From: the human T2T-CHM13v2.0 reference genome, Homo sapiens
DNA: 64,000 nucleotides
Reading direction: 5' to 3' (one strand)
Assembly (NCBI RefSeq): GCF_009914755.1
Contig: NC_060926.1
This document shows positions 35,966 to 51,904 of this stretch, piece by piece. How positions within the stretch are numbered: the stretch's first letter is position 1; each line of letters opens with the position of its first letter. Made by a program: the position numbers and the translations under genes. The notes below the pieces were generated by a model. The model was not told where the DNA came from, did no database searches, and worked only from the letters and a program-made list of their open reading frames with translations.

Positions 35966-36089
35966 GCTGGCTGTCCACACGCTTGCCTTTTTCCTGCCTT
36001 AATCTTGCAATGATTCATAAGGTGAGGGAGCACCCACACTGGGGTGGCAGCATATAGATGTCTTCTGTTGGAGAGATTTTCAAGGAAAC

Positions 36090-36422
36090 TTGTTTTTTTG
36101 TTGTTGTTTTTGTTTTTTTGTTTTGTTTTGTTTTGTTTTTGAGACGGAGTCTTGCTCTGTCACCCAGGCTGGATTACAGTGGCGCAATCTGGGCTCACTA
36201 TAGCCTCCGCCTCCCGGGTTCAAGCGATTCTCGTGCCTCAGTCTTCTGAGTAGCTGGGATAATAGGCGCCTGCCACCATGCCCAGCAACTTTTTGTATTT
36301 TTGCTAGAGACGGGGTTTCACTGTGTTAGCCAGACTGGTCTTGAATTCCTGACCTCAGGTGATCCACCCGGCTTGACCTCCCAAAGTGCTGGGATTACAG
36401 GTGTGAGCCACCTCGCCCTGCC
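36090..36422 (-). mobile_element. AluS element
   Basis: Reverse Alu with GT-rich T tail. Confidence 0.93.
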
Positions 36423-36424
36423 TT

Positions 36425-38090
<1,666 letters not shown>

Positions 38091-39397
38091 GAGCTTTCTG
38101 CTTTACCTCTCTCATTCATGAAGTATGGGCCCATTCTGTTTCAGGCATCATTTTTCTAAAACCAGCCACACTGGCGACGCGCTGGGGCGCTTACACAGTT
38201 ATAACGAAGCCGTTCGCTGAAAGAGAGTCAGAACCGGACGGTGCCCCCCAACACATCCCACACTGAGGAACCCACCTTTGTCCCCGGAATTCCTACAGAA
38301 ACTTTTGGGGACTCAGGACAGTCTGAAACTGGGACTAAGAGGGGGCATTGTGTCAATCCATTTATTAAATATTTGGCAAGTCATTCTTAAATTTCCAGAT
38401 GGAAAAAACAAACTGACTCACAATATTTTTACACCTAACCCAAAGGGTCATAAGGCGCATTTCCCTTGGAGACCAAGATAGAGGGAGGGAGCTTCCATCT
38501 TTTCCCATGGGATAAGCTGGGAGATGCCTGCCCATTTTCAAAAGCCCCAGAGTCCCACCTGCTGGGTGGGACTCTGAAGGCAGAGGAGCCGTCTTTGTGG
38601 AGAGTAATATAATCAGAAGGAAACCCAAGCTTCTGAGTTCCTCAGCATCTTGCACCATCTCCTAAAGGGCGCAGGGGATACGGCAACCCCTGGAGGGGCG
38701 AGGGGGGAACCAGTGCAGTAGGCATTATCCCTGAGAGGCTCCTCCATGCATCCCTCATGGACAGGGCCTCTAATCATGGCCAGTGGGCAGGGGTGTGGGT
38801 GCTGGGTGCAGGCAGCAGCTGTGGGTGTCCGTAGGGAGCAAAGCCGTAGGGAAGGCCTTGTTGTCTTGAACCTGGAGTCATCCCAGGAGGCAGGGCCCAG
38901 AAAAGGGCCTCTCCCTGCCCCTCCCAGCTTTACAGAACCTACTGCTTAGAAGATCCTCTGTAAATATTTGTTGGATTTAGTTGAATGGAGTTGAAGTATC
39001 ATTTCCTGATTCTGGTAAGGCTGGAAGTGCAGGCTGAGTGGGTGGCATCCAATTCACTGGGGGTTGGGGTGGGAGGGATGCAAGGCCATACTAGGCAGCT
39101 CAGCTCTTGGGGCATGTCCTGAACCTGGAAGACCACAGCCATTCCTGCCCTTCTACCCCACCACTACTTGTGTGAGGGTCCCCAACCCGAAAGAGGTTCC
39201 TGATCGTTCAGGACGCTAGGAAGCAGAAAGAAAGCCAAGGCCAGAGACAAGGAGAGGCTAAGTGAAGGAGGCAGCCACACCCAAAACCCCAGGAGCATCT
39301 GGGCGGCCCTCACCCCACAGGAGAACCCACCCCCCCCTCCACTGCCCCACCCCGCCCTGCCCTCTAACACTGTACCAGGCAGAATGCAGCACCTCCA

Positions 39398-39438
39398 CTG
39401 TGTGTGTGTGCGTGTGTGTGTGTGCATGTGTGTGTGCA
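39398..39438. repeat. (TG)n microsatellite, imperfect
   Basis: Directly visible. Confidence 0.95.
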
Positions 39439-40785
39439 CAGCCTGAGTCTCCCTTGGACAGAGCCTTGGTCCCAATCTTGGTACTTTTTTTCCCAAGAAA
39501 GCTCGGCAGCCAGTTCTGCCGTTTTTGGCCAGGCTCTTGGGGAAGGCGGCCTGTTTGGGCACATGGGCTCCCACGTGCGCAGAAGCATCACCTGCCCTCC
39601 ATGTGATGCGCACACTCACAGACCCACATGCTTACGTACTTGCAGACTCGCCCAGGCACACGTGTATCGCCACATGCAGACACGCAAGCATACACTTGCT
39701 GCACTCAGACCTCCTGGTGTGAACACACGGTGTGCACCGTCGGAGATAGCCAGTGGCCCCCACGTACATGCCATCCCTCAGGCACAGAGAACCAGCCCAC
39801 AGGTCCCACTTGGAGGGACATGAAGCAGACAGGGTCCCCAGGCTGTATGCTTCTCCTAGGCCGGTGTCCACCACAGTCAGCCACATACATCTGCTGCCAT
39901 GACACAGGCTCCCTTTGTGCTGCCAGGCCCAGGGGGACAATGGGGGTCTGTTTCCTCCCCGGAGCTCAACACCATCCCTCTCCCCACAACACTGCCTGGC
40001 AGCCTGGGGCCTGGGAGCCCAGCCGCATGTTTCAGAGGGTTCAGAGGGTTCGGGAAACTCCCCAAGGCCACGTTCTGCATGCGGAGCTCCAGGGGAAGCC
40101 CAGTCTGGTGGGGGCTTCCAGGGGCCCCAAGGGAACTGTGGCTCCCTCTGCTCTGTGATGGGGAGGGGAGAACCGGGGTCTGCACTTATTGTGATCCTCT
40201 GGCATCCAGTCAGGCCAAGGTTGACAGTGGAGGTCCCGCTAGAGGGGGTGGCTGTGCCTGTGGGCCTGGGAAGGCCTCTGCAGCCTGGGCTGCCCTGTCC
40301 ACTGCTGAACTGCACCTGCGCCGAGGCAGGCACAGACCCCTACAACGCCCGGGAGGAGAGTCTTGATTTCTCATAAGGACATGGCCACTCTGTGAATCTG
40401 AGTTTTGGGGACTTGGAGGCTGCAGCCTGCTGGTCACTTGACTCCCTCAAATGTCCCATGACCAAAGCCACTGTCGCCACCACACCCTCCATTTCTGTTT
40501 TGACATCCTTGCTACTTTTTCTGGCATTCAACACCACCTCCCTCCTGCAAAATATTCATTCAGTCTCTCAGTCACTACTGATGGAGTACTCACTGGGTAC
40601 GAGGAACTGCTCTGGGCACGGGCTACTGGATTTTTCTCATTTTACTCTCTGTGACATCTTTGGACAAGTCTTAGGTTCCAGGCCAGTTGATTTTTCTTGC
40701 TTTCTTCCACATATACTGCTGTTTCTTTTTCTGTGCTGTTTGCTCATTCACCTATGAATTAATGCAATCCACATTTATTGGGCAT

Positions 40786-40917
40786 TGGGTTGACAGATAA
40801 AATAATGCAATATTTCTATTCATTGTTATTATTTTATTATTACTATTCATTGTTTATCTGAAATTCAGAACTAACTGGGCATCTTGTATTTTTATTTGTT
40901 AAATTTGGTAGCCCTAA
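40786..40917. mobile_element. MER53-like hAT MITE inserted in an L2 3' end
   Basis: gggttgacagataaaata...tgtttatctgaaattca...tttggtagcccta. Confidence 0.7.
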
Positions 40918-41724
40918 CTGAGCACCTACTGTGAGCTGTCCTCCACAAATACAAGGACAGCAGACCCAGTGCCTGCCCCTCAGAGAGCTCCCAGTCTAGT
41001 AGGAGAGGTCCTACTATAGGCAAGAAAGGAGATCCATACCTCAAGGAAGGGTGGGGGCTCTTACAAGTGGATTCAGGGTACCATGGGTGCTCAGGGAAGG
41101 GGAACCCAACCTGGCCTTGAGTGGGAGGTGAGAAGGCTTCCTGAAGAAATTAACTTAAGTCTTAAAAATTAAGTAGGGAGTCAGGCACAATGAACAGTGG
41201 AATGGGGGCAACAGGGTGCCATTCAGTGCATTGATGCAGGGAGCCCCACAGTGAAATGGCTGCCTGCTGGGTGGGGTCAACTGGCACAGGGCTGAAGGTG
41301 TGTAAAGGAGCTGCTATCAAGGCCAGCTTGCAAGATTGGGCAGACAGAGACAAAGGACCCAGAAACTGTGTGTAGCCTCTACTTTCTATAAAAGGATGAG
41401 GCAAAGAAGGATTCATGATTGGAGGTTGAGAGCTTGGTGTTCAGAAGGAGAAGAAGCAGATGTCATATTGACCTCGTGCTGGGATCACGTGGACATTCTC
41501 CAGCTGGGACCTACGTAGCCAACCTGTGGCTGCATGTGAGCAAGGGGGATATGGCAGGCACAGACCTGTGTGTACACATGTGTGAGCACTACACATGAGG
41601 TACATGTGAGCATGTAGGGCCGTGTAAAGGGGCTGGGTGCTTGTGTGCACAGCATTTGTTATGGCCTCAATGTTCTGGGTATGCAAAATCAGGGTAGCAA
41701 TGAATGTAATGAACACAGGCATCA

Positions 41725-41945
41725 GCATGAGAAATCCCGGAGTATGAATCCTGACTCTATCACTTAGTAGCTGGAGAACTTTCAGAGTCACATCACCTCT
41801 CTGAGCCTCAGTTTCCCTCTTTGTAAAAATGGAGGAAATTTCATCTAACCTTTCCCTAAAACAAACAAGCCAACAAATAAATACATAGGACTAATGCTAA
41901 TTTTGCATGGCTGTTATTAAGATTAAATGAGATGATGTATACAAA
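41725..41945 (+). mobile_element. MIR
   Basis: cctctctgagcctcagtttccctctttgtaaaaatgg...gattaaatgagat. Confidence 0.75.
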
Positions 41946-42566
41946 ATAACAGGCAGGTAAGCTGCCTAAAAGTTTATTTTTCTTCCCCCTCAAACACTCT
42001 GCCTGCTCTTCACTCAGCCATCACCACATGAGTAACAATATATAAAGTGAACAATATACTACGCATATGTTGTATATACATAATGTAAATAATAATATAC
42101 AATGAATAACATTATAATGTGAACCAACCAGTTAAGATTTTCTAAGGTATTCATAATTAGGAAATGGAAGATAGTATTCTTTGTCTACCCTAGCATGCTT
42201 TTTCTGTAATTACTTTTTTCCCTTAAACTAAGAAGCATAAAGACTTGCTATCCACCAATGGTTAGGATTTAAAGAAACGCAAACACTTGGGCATGGCCAG
42301 TTATTGCCATTACTAAGTTTCTGCTTAGTAGAAATTAATAACTGCAGAAGCTAACTCTGTTTCTTACTGATTTAAGAATTTCTCCAGCAACTGTTCTCAG
42401 GGCTCTAGGGAGCAATGGGCCCCTTGTAGCTAGCTCCTCTTGTGCTGTCAGCCATAACTGCCTCGGGAGGAAGATAGTATCTGTGAGTCTGTTCTAATCC
42501 CAGGAAAGGTCTTAACTCCTTGCACACTACGTTCTCATCTCTACTTTGCACACCAAAGAAGGCCTC

Positions 42567-43280
<714 letters not shown>

Positions 43281-43411
43281 ACCTCTTTCTCCCCTGCCTT
43301 GTCTGCCCAGGGCAGCTTTGTTGCAGACCTACAGTAGTGCATGACTTGCATGCACAAGACAGGAGGTCACCCTGTGGCTCTTTCTCATCAGTGGGTCTCC
43401 AAACTGACACA

Positions 43412-43754
43412 TTTTCTTTCTTTTCTTTTCCTTTTTCTTTTTCTTTCTTTCTTTTTTTTTTTTTTTTTTTTTGAGACTGAGTCTCACTCTGTCACCCAGG
43501 CTGGAGTGCAGTAGTGCAATCTTGGTTTACAGAAACTTCCGCCTCCTGAGTTCAAGCAATTTTCCTGTCGCAGCCTCCTGAGTAGTTGGGATTACAGGCA
43601 CCTGCCACCATGCCCGGCTAATTTTTGTATTTTTAGGAGAGATAGGGTTTCGCCATGTTGGCCAGGCTGGTCTTGAATTCCTGACCTCAGGTGATCCACT
43701 CACCTCGGCCTCCCAAAGTGCTGGGATTATAGGTGTGAGCCACCTTGTCCGGCC
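43412..43754 (-). mobile_element. AluS element
   Basis: Reverse Alu; TSD CCAAACTGACA. Confidence 0.94.
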
Positions 43755-46514
43755 CAAACTGACATTTTATAGGGATTTTTCATCCTTAAAGTGATCTACT
43801 CAGCTCATTTCTTCCAAATCTGTATTTTACAGCACACTTTAAACTGGTGTCGCAGAGTTTTTGAGTGGTGATGGCAGCTGCCCTCTATGTCTGTGGTGTG
43901 CCGGCCCCTCATGCTGGGGAAAGAGGGGACGTGACCCTACCCTCACAGCAGGCTGGCCTCCTTTCTCTCCCAGAGCTGCCGTCCCTGCTCTGTGCTAACT
44001 AGCCCAATCCTAGCCTACAGCACCAGCTTGGGGTCTAGCCCACGTTTACCACACTTTAGCTCCCAGCTTGGATGACCAGCTGCCTGTGATTTACCCATTT
44101 GTGATACTGATTTCCAGAGGGGCCACCTGTGCTCAGTACCTGCATGACTTCTCTCCTCCAATCCTCTATTTAACCACCTTAAGTAGTTTCTCCTGTCTTC
44201 CTCATTTTATAGATTGCGGCTCAGTCAGACAAAATTCCTCTCTCAGAATCCGCTGGTGGAGAAGGAGCTGGGATTCACACCCAGCCTCCTGGTAATAATC
44301 TGCATTTCTCCTTCAGCCTTCAGGGCCTTGCCTGTCTACCCAAGAGTGATCCCCGCCTTCCCTCTGTCTCACTCGCCCTGTCCCCCCAGCTAAGTGCAGA
44401 TGTTCACAGCTCTCTATTTTTAAGCACATTCCACTAGAAGTTCAGCAACTTGAATCCCCCCAGCACCTACGACAGAGCCTGCATATTTAGGTGAATAAAT
44501 GAACTATTCTTGTCCTAACTAGACTTCAAGTCCTAGGAAGCAGAATGGCTATGCCTGGTTTCCACTCCCGCACCATAGTACCCAGCATAGCACCAGAACC
44601 GTGGGGCCTCTTCCCCAGCCCTTGACACTCCCAACCCTGCCTTCAGCTGCCGGAACTGACTTTTCCCATGATTGCTAATATTTCTTCCTTTTTTTTTTTC
44701 TCTAAATCAACATTAGCTTTGCTAGCTCCCTACCTTCCACCTGATAAGAATGGGGTACGGGATCTGTACGAACTTGGGGTGTGCTTTTCTCGCCTTGTCA
44801 AAACAGCAGCTCCTATCTGGCTGGCGATGGGCTGGGAGCCAGACCCCAACAATGGAGCCTTGTGAGCCGGCCCCGGGGGTGTGCTGGGAGCCCACGGTTG
44901 AGCACACACACAACCCTTCCTGGTGCCACCTTCTTATCTCCTGCCACCAAGCCCTTGCCAGTGGTGGGACTGTAACCCAACCCCCTGTAATTGCATGTCC
45001 CAGATAGAACATTCCTGGGCTCAGGCCACGGTTAAACATTGACTTAGGGTGCTGGGGGCAGTCATCACAGACTGTAGGTGCTCCTGATGGGGGAGGCGCT
45101 AGCTGGGTGTCCACCACTCCCCTCCCAGTGGTCCTGGACTAACTGAGAAAGCCACGGCACAGAGCAGGCAGGCTCAGCTGCCCACATCTTTGAGTCAGTG
45201 TGCTGGAGGAGCCGCGGGCCTGTTCAAAAAGAATCATTTCTTTTCTCCTGCCTGCCCTCTGCCTACCTCCCACTCTCCCTAGCTGCCTCTTCGGATTTCT
45301 CCAACCTTCTCATTTCTGCTTCTCCTTCTTGTCTTCCTCTCTCCTATCTTCGATCTCAGGTCCTCTCCCTCCTTGGGCCTGGCCTGTCTCTTCTCGTCTT
45401 CCCTTGTCCTGGGGCCCTTTCCCATGTAGTGAGCCCAGATGTGCCCAGGCAAAGGGGCTCTGCTCTCTCTTCTGCACCCCTCTGCCTCTGGCCTCTCTGG
45501 GAAATGGAAGGTGGGGTGGAGGAAGCAGGTGGCTTTAAGACCAGTGCCTCCCTCTGACAGGGCGGGGGGTCAGCTCAGCCGGGGCTGGTGGGGCCGCCCC
45601 TCTTCCTGTGCTTGTGTGGGGTGAGGTGCTGGCCCTGCCCTCCTCCCCAATCACTAGGGTCAGACGGTCGATTCTTCTTCCTGCCACCTTATGCACAGGG
45701 AGGCATGGCGCTGTTCCCCAGGTCTCACAGGGAGTACAGCAGGACATGCCCGGGATGCTTGTGTCTCATACCTCGGTGGGGCCTCTTTGCATTGGCACCC
45801 TGGCTGCCCAACCCACTCCCCAGCCCACTCTCAACCTAGGAGACCCTGTCATGGGTGGGGACTTTGTGGATGCTCTGCCGCGCCATGGGGTATCTCCTGC
45901 CCCCAGCACAGAAATCCTTTGCAGGCCTCCCAAAGCTATGCCCAGGGTGCCCCATAGCCTGCTGCCCTCAAGGAGTATGGGCTGCAGGGCCCAGGGCACC
46001 CCCACTCCCTGGGACACCCCTGGGGAGGGTTCTGATGCCAGGGCTCCTTTGCAAGGGGTTGGCACCTTTGCAGAATCTCCCAAAGAAGGAGGCTTCAAGC
46101 TTTGAAACTCCTCACTACAAGGCCAGGTTGGGCTGACCATATACACAGCTCCCTCAGCTGATGCCCTGCTTCCATTCCCACGCAGACCTTTTGTGCTTCA
46201 GGTTAAGGGTCACAGGCAGAAGGACAGGCCCAGGGGCATACAGAAAGGGCCTTGCCTTGCAGCACCTACAGTGAGCCTGAGAGGCCCCCAGAGTTAGGAA
46301 AAGGAGAATATCCAGCAGGTGCAGGAGCCAGGGAGCCAAGGAGGAAGGGAGCAGGCCAGAAGGGTGCTGAGGCAGCCTTAGGCCTCTGGGCAGCCATGGC
46401 TCCAGCCACTCAACTAACTCCGGGGTTGGGATAAGGTGGGCCTCAGAGCCAGGGCTTCTGTGGTGCGCAACAGGAGGCCCCATGGAGGACCCACACTGCT
46501 TTCTAGGCCACTTG

Positions 46515-46700
46515 TATAGAGCCTGTGGAGTCAGACTATTCAGATTCAAATCCTGGCCCTGCACTTATTAGCTGGGTGGGTTTTGGCAAGCCACTTTCTT
46601 AACATCCCAGAGTCTCAGTTTTCTCATCTGTAAAATGGATATAATAAAAGCACGTGTACACTGGGTTTTACATAAGAGTGCAAGAGACAATGCAGAAGTA
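46515..46700 (+). mobile_element. MIR
   Basis: tcagttttctcatctgtaaaatggatataataa core. Confidence 0.75.
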
Positions 46701-47139
46701 CTTGTTCATCATGCTTCAGAGGGCAGGTAGCTCTTCTGATTGTCATTATGGTTAGTAGTATCAGTAATAGAGTTGTGTCGTGGTTATATTACTGAGAGGG
46801 CTCACAGACTATTGTGTTGCTTCCTTGACCTGCAGTGCTTTCTCTTTTAATCACCCTAGTGTTTCCAAGCCCCCCAGGAGCTCTAGGACCCTGCCCAAGG
46901 ACTCCCTGTATCCTGCCCTGAGTTGTTTTCCTGGTGTCCTATACCAGGGCTACTTGCTCTAGGCCCTAGACCACCCCCACCAGATCCCACACCAACCCTC
47001 ATGGTCCCCAGATGGACTTAGGATGACTCTTTCTCCCCAGATGCACAGTTAGCTCCATGGAAAGGGCTTCTCCCTCTTTGTTGCCTCTAGTGCAGGTTTG
47101 GGGACTCAGCCTGTGCTATGGGTTAGGGGAGTGACTCAG

Positions 47140-47645
47140 TGTATTGAGTACCTCTCACTGTGTAACAAATTTCCTCAAAACTTAGCAGCTTAAAACAACA
47201 ATAAATATGTATCATCTTGCACTGTTTCTGGGAGTCATAAATTTGGGAGAAGCTTAGCCAGAGGGTCTGCTCAAGGTCTGTCATGAGGTTGTAGTTAAGA
47301 TGTCAGCTGGGGCTGCAGTCATCTGAAGGCTCAACTGGGGCTGGAAGAGCTGCTTGCAAGATGGCGCACTCACATGCCTGCCACTAGTGCTGGTTGCCGG
47401 CAGGAGGCCTCTGCTCCTGGTCACATGGAACTTTCTGTAGGACTGCTTGAGCATCCTTATGACATGGCAGCTGGCTTCCCCTGAACTAGTGATCTGAGAG
47501 ACAAGGTAGGAGCTGCAATGTTTTTTATTATGACCTTGCCTTGGAAGTCACACATGGTCATTTCCAGAATATTCCAACGTTTCAACAGGGCAACCCTATT
47601 CAGTGTGGGAGGGAACTATACAGGAGCATGAATACCTGCAGACAT
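47140..47645 (-). mobile_element. MLT1-family MaLR LTR
   Basis: aaaacttagcagcttaaaacaac...ctgcagtcatctgaaggctcaactggggctgg. Confidence 0.75.
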
Positions 47646-48113
47646 CATATCAGGGAAAAGATGCTGAAGAGAAATGAAAGGAAATACAACTTCAGTTCTG
47701 AGAGATGGCAAACTGAGGGTGCTGGGGGGCAGGAGGACATGGAGGTAGGCATCTGCCACCCTGAATAGTACACAGACGTGGCTCTGACAGCTTCCCACAT
47801 GGCCCTGGGTGGCACTGCCTGTGTCTGCCAGCCCCACCACTGGCCAGCGACAGATTTGGAACTAATTATGTAGAATTACATTTGATGGGGACATGGGCCA
47901 TCGTTACCAGCTGGGCAGTGGGCCAAACTGTGGACAGAGCCCCATCATTGTGGGTTTCAGTTAGAGGGAGAGGAAGGTGAGCCTGATGCATGATGGCCTC
48001 TTTGCAAGGATCCCAGAGGAAAGAGCTGTCTCCCAAAGAGTGGAGCTGGTGGTCATGGAAAACAAAGTTGAGCAGTGATTGTATCCATCTATCCATTAAT
48101 TAATTAATTAATT

Positions 48114-48223
48114 CACCCATTCATTCATTCATGCACACATTCATTCTCCAAGTAGTTATTGAGTGCCTCATCCATTCATTCATTCATGCACACATTCATT
48201 CTCCAAGTAGTTATTGAGTGCCT
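48114..48223. repeat. 2 x 55-bp tandem duplication at an L2 3' end
   Basis: ca(c/t)ccattcattcattcatgcacacattcattctccaagtagttattgagtgcct twice. Confidence 0.95.
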
Positions 48224-48728
48224 ACTATGTGCTAGGTTTTATTAGTAAGAATAGAAATGAATGCAAAATGTGTTGAGGCCCCTGACAGTTTGTGTCTTTG
48301 GGCCGTACACTGCATATTCAAAGGGCAGCTCACCTCCTTACTCTCTGGGGGAAGGCAGAAGCTTGGATGCAGAGTAGGGGTGCTGTAGGGAAGAGGAGAG
48401 AGTAGAAAGAGCTATCTACCAGGTTGACTGGGTTGCCCCAACCATGGAGTGCTGGATATGAAAGGTGAGCTGAATATGGGAGCCATGTTGTTGTCCCAGT
48501 GGGGAAGCTGGGGACTGGGGGGACCTTGGCTCCTGTGGTTCCATGATGTCACCCCATCCTGCTCCTGGATCATTTGGGACATGACCCCATCTCAGCATCT
48601 TGATATCCAGTGCTGCCATATCCCCGTTGTGCAGCTGGGGAAGAACCAAAACTAAACCCCAGCAGCCCTGGCTTTGTATCAGGACCCATGGAAACTATAT
48701 AACCATCTTCCACTTTCGTCACCTAAAG

Positions 48729-49105
48729 CAGGGGTTCCCAAACTCCGGGCCATGGACTGGTTCTGGTCCATGGCCTGTTAGGAACTGGACTGTGGCTTGT
48801 TAGGAACTCACAGCAGGAGGTGACTGGTGGGTAAGTGAGCGAAGCTACATCTGTATTTACAGCTGCTCTCCATTGCTTGCATTACCGCCTGAGCTCTGCC
48901 TCCTGTCAGATCAGCAAAGGCATCAGATTCTCATGGGAGCACGAACCCTATTGTGAAATGCACATACAAGGGATCTTGGTTGTGCACTCCTTATGAGAAT
49001 CTAATGCCTCATGTTCTGTCACTGTCCCACATCACCCTCATATTGGACCATCTAGTGGCAGGAAAGCAAGCTCAGGGCTCCCACTGATTCTGTATTATGG
49101 TGAGG
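48729..49105 (+). mobile_element. MER1B-like hAT-Charlie element
   Basis: caggggttcccaaac...ggcctgttaggaact...ctcagggctcccactgattct. Confidence 0.8.
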
Positions 49106-49383
49106 GGGCTCCCTGCCCCCGCCAGGTTCTGAGGAGGAATGGACAACTGGAGCAATGGCTGGAGATGGACATGGAAGCAAAGAACACAGGCATAGGCTCC
49201 CAAAAGTCTTCACTTTTGCTTTTGTTCTTGAGCCTTTAGCTGAGCACATGGCTCTTCCAGGTCATTGAGATAGCGTGGCTAACTCTGGCCAATGAGACAT
49301 GAGTGGAAGTGCTGTGGGGGCTTTCCACCTCCCACCGGATGGATAAACCTCATGGTAGGAATCACAGCAGCTCTGGGGGACCC

Positions 49384-49798
49384 TGTGGTGTACTCCCCCA
49401 TACCCCATTCAAAATAAGCGCTCCTTCCCCCAACTGCTAAGAGTATTGTCAGCTCACAGCTCAGCTGAATCTTTCCCCAGAAACTTGTCTCCCAAATGTA
49501 GGCCTCCTTCCTGGAGGTACCACACGGAGCCTAAATACAATGACTGCTGGGGTAATAAGCTCAGCACCTTGCCTTCACTGAGACAACTTTCAAGACCACC
49601 CCAGCTGCAGAGCTCCTGTGGGTGGCCAAGGCCTGTGTTGTGACTTTGTCACAGCTCAACTCTCCCCTGTACCCAGCCCTGTTTCTCTCATGCCTTTCCC
49701 TCATTCCATGAGGGATGACCCCAACAGATCTCCCAATAAAACCCCTGTCTGCAAATCTCTGTCTCTGAGGCAGTTCCCTGAGAAATCCAACCTATGAA
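49384..49798 (+). mobile_element. LTR16-like ERVL solo LTR
   Basis: cccagctgcagagctcc...ctcccaataaa...gcaaatctctgtctc. Confidence 0.65.
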
Positions 49799-50815
49799 AG
49801 ATGCTGTCTTTCTTAGACTCTGCGATGGAAGTAACATACTGAGAATCATGAATTAATATGATATGAAAAGCCTGAGTCCTCCAAAACCACTAAACCACGG
49901 TATCAGCCCTAGACCATCAACTTACATGGTAGAAAAACAAACTTCTACTTTGTTTAAGCCAATGTAGTTTGAGGTCTTTTTGTGACAGCAGTCTAAACCA
50001 TATTCTAATTAACAATGAATCGTGTATCTAGAAGTAGAGTGGTGGTGTGGCAAAATTCTAAATATGAGGAATGAGGGATATTGTCAGACAGTGGGCAGGT
50101 ATTTCAGGTTGGAAGGCTGGTGACTCATATTACGCAAAGCATTTGGTAACACTATCTCTTATGATATCTTGGAAGGCAGTTCACATGCCTACTGAGCTTC
50201 CAGCTCTGGGCGAGGTAGCTAGAAAAGGTCCAATTTTTGGTAGGTATTGGCTTCTTTCCACTTGGTACAGGGCTCTGTAAGACAAAGAAACTCAGAATAG
50301 AGCCAGGAGTTTGCAAGCAGAGATGAAAGTGAATGCAGCCTTGCTGATGGAGCTCTTCCTGCCTGTGGCCAATCATCTAAGTTGACTGAGAGTCCTGTAT
50401 TTTGAGCTTCCACATGTTGAAAAAGCCAACTGCTTTTGTGCTGTGAACTGAAGCAGTGGTCTCAAGTGGCTCCAAAGAGGCAGCTGTACCAGGAAATAAG
50501 ACTATGGCCCTAAGCCTTCCCCAATCAGCTCAGTTAAGAATTCCCTGACAGACAATGGGCGTTAGCCCAGCAGTCAAGATCAGATTGACAGTGTTGCTTT
50601 TTCACTCAGACCTACTGTGACAGATAACCTCAGAAACTATCATTAAGTCAAGCAGTGTGAGATGGACAGAGCACAGAGTATAGAGATGGCCAAACCAGTA
50701 AATAATATGCATATATGTGTCTGCAGACTTCAGAACTGTGTCTACCAGCTTTTTAGCTGAGTTAGTTGCTCATGGAACAGATTGGAAACCAAAAGAGTAG
50801 AAGTATACTGTACTG

Positions 50816-51855
50816 TTTAAAAAAAAAAAAAAACTATAGTGACATATAGTTCACATACAATAAAGCTCATACTTATTTTACACACTCTTAAAGTATACAA
50901 TTTAGTTGTTTTTAGTACATTCACAGTTGTGCAACCATCACTGCTACATAGTTCCAGAACATTTTCATTGCCACACAAAGAAATCCTGTACCTTTTAGTA
51001 GTCGGTCCCAATTCCCTTCCCTCCACTCCTCCAGCCCCTGGCAAGCACTAATCTACTTTCAGTCTCTTTGGCTCTGCCTATTATGGACATTTCATATAAA
51101 TGGAATTATATAACATATGGCCTTTTGTGTCTAGTTTCTTTCACTTAGCACAATGTTTTCAAGATTCATCCATGTTGTAGCATGTATCATTATTTCATTC
51201 CTTTTTATAGCTGAATAATATTCCATTGTATGGACAGACCACAACTTGTTTATCTGATCATCAGCTGATGAACATTTGGGTTGTTTCCACTTTTGGCCTC
51301 TATAAATAATGTTGCTATAAATATTCATATGTAAGTTTTTGTGTGGATATGTGTCTTCACTTCTTTTGGATATATATATGCCTAGGAGTGAAAGCACAGA
51401 GTTATAAGGTAATTTTATGTTTATCCCCTTGAGGAACTGCCAAACTGTTTTCCAGAATGGCTGCACCATTTGACATTACTACCAGCAGTGTGTGAAGGTT
51501 CCAGTTTTTCCTCACTCTCTTCAACACTTGTAATTATTTGCCTTTTTTATTATTGCCATCCTACTGGGTGTGGGGTACTTTCTCATTATGGTTTTAATTT
51601 ACATTTCCCTGATGGCTAATGATGTTGAGCATCTTTTCATGTATTTACCGGCCATTTGTTTATCTTCTTTGGTGAAATGTCTTTTCAAATCCTTTGCACA
51701 CTTTATTTTATTGAGACAGGGTCTTGTTCTGTTACCCAGGCTGGAGTGCAGTAGCACTCATGGTTTACTGCGGCCTCAGCCTCCCAGGCTCAAGTGATCC
51801 TCCCACCTTAGCCTCCCTAGTAGCTGGGACTACAGGCATGTGCCGCCACATCTGG

Positions 51856-51904
<49 letters not shown>

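Noticed and set aside
35930-36025. Possible small RNA gene
   Set aside because: Mostly the end of a MIR; no snRNA, snoRNA or tRNA boxes identifiable.
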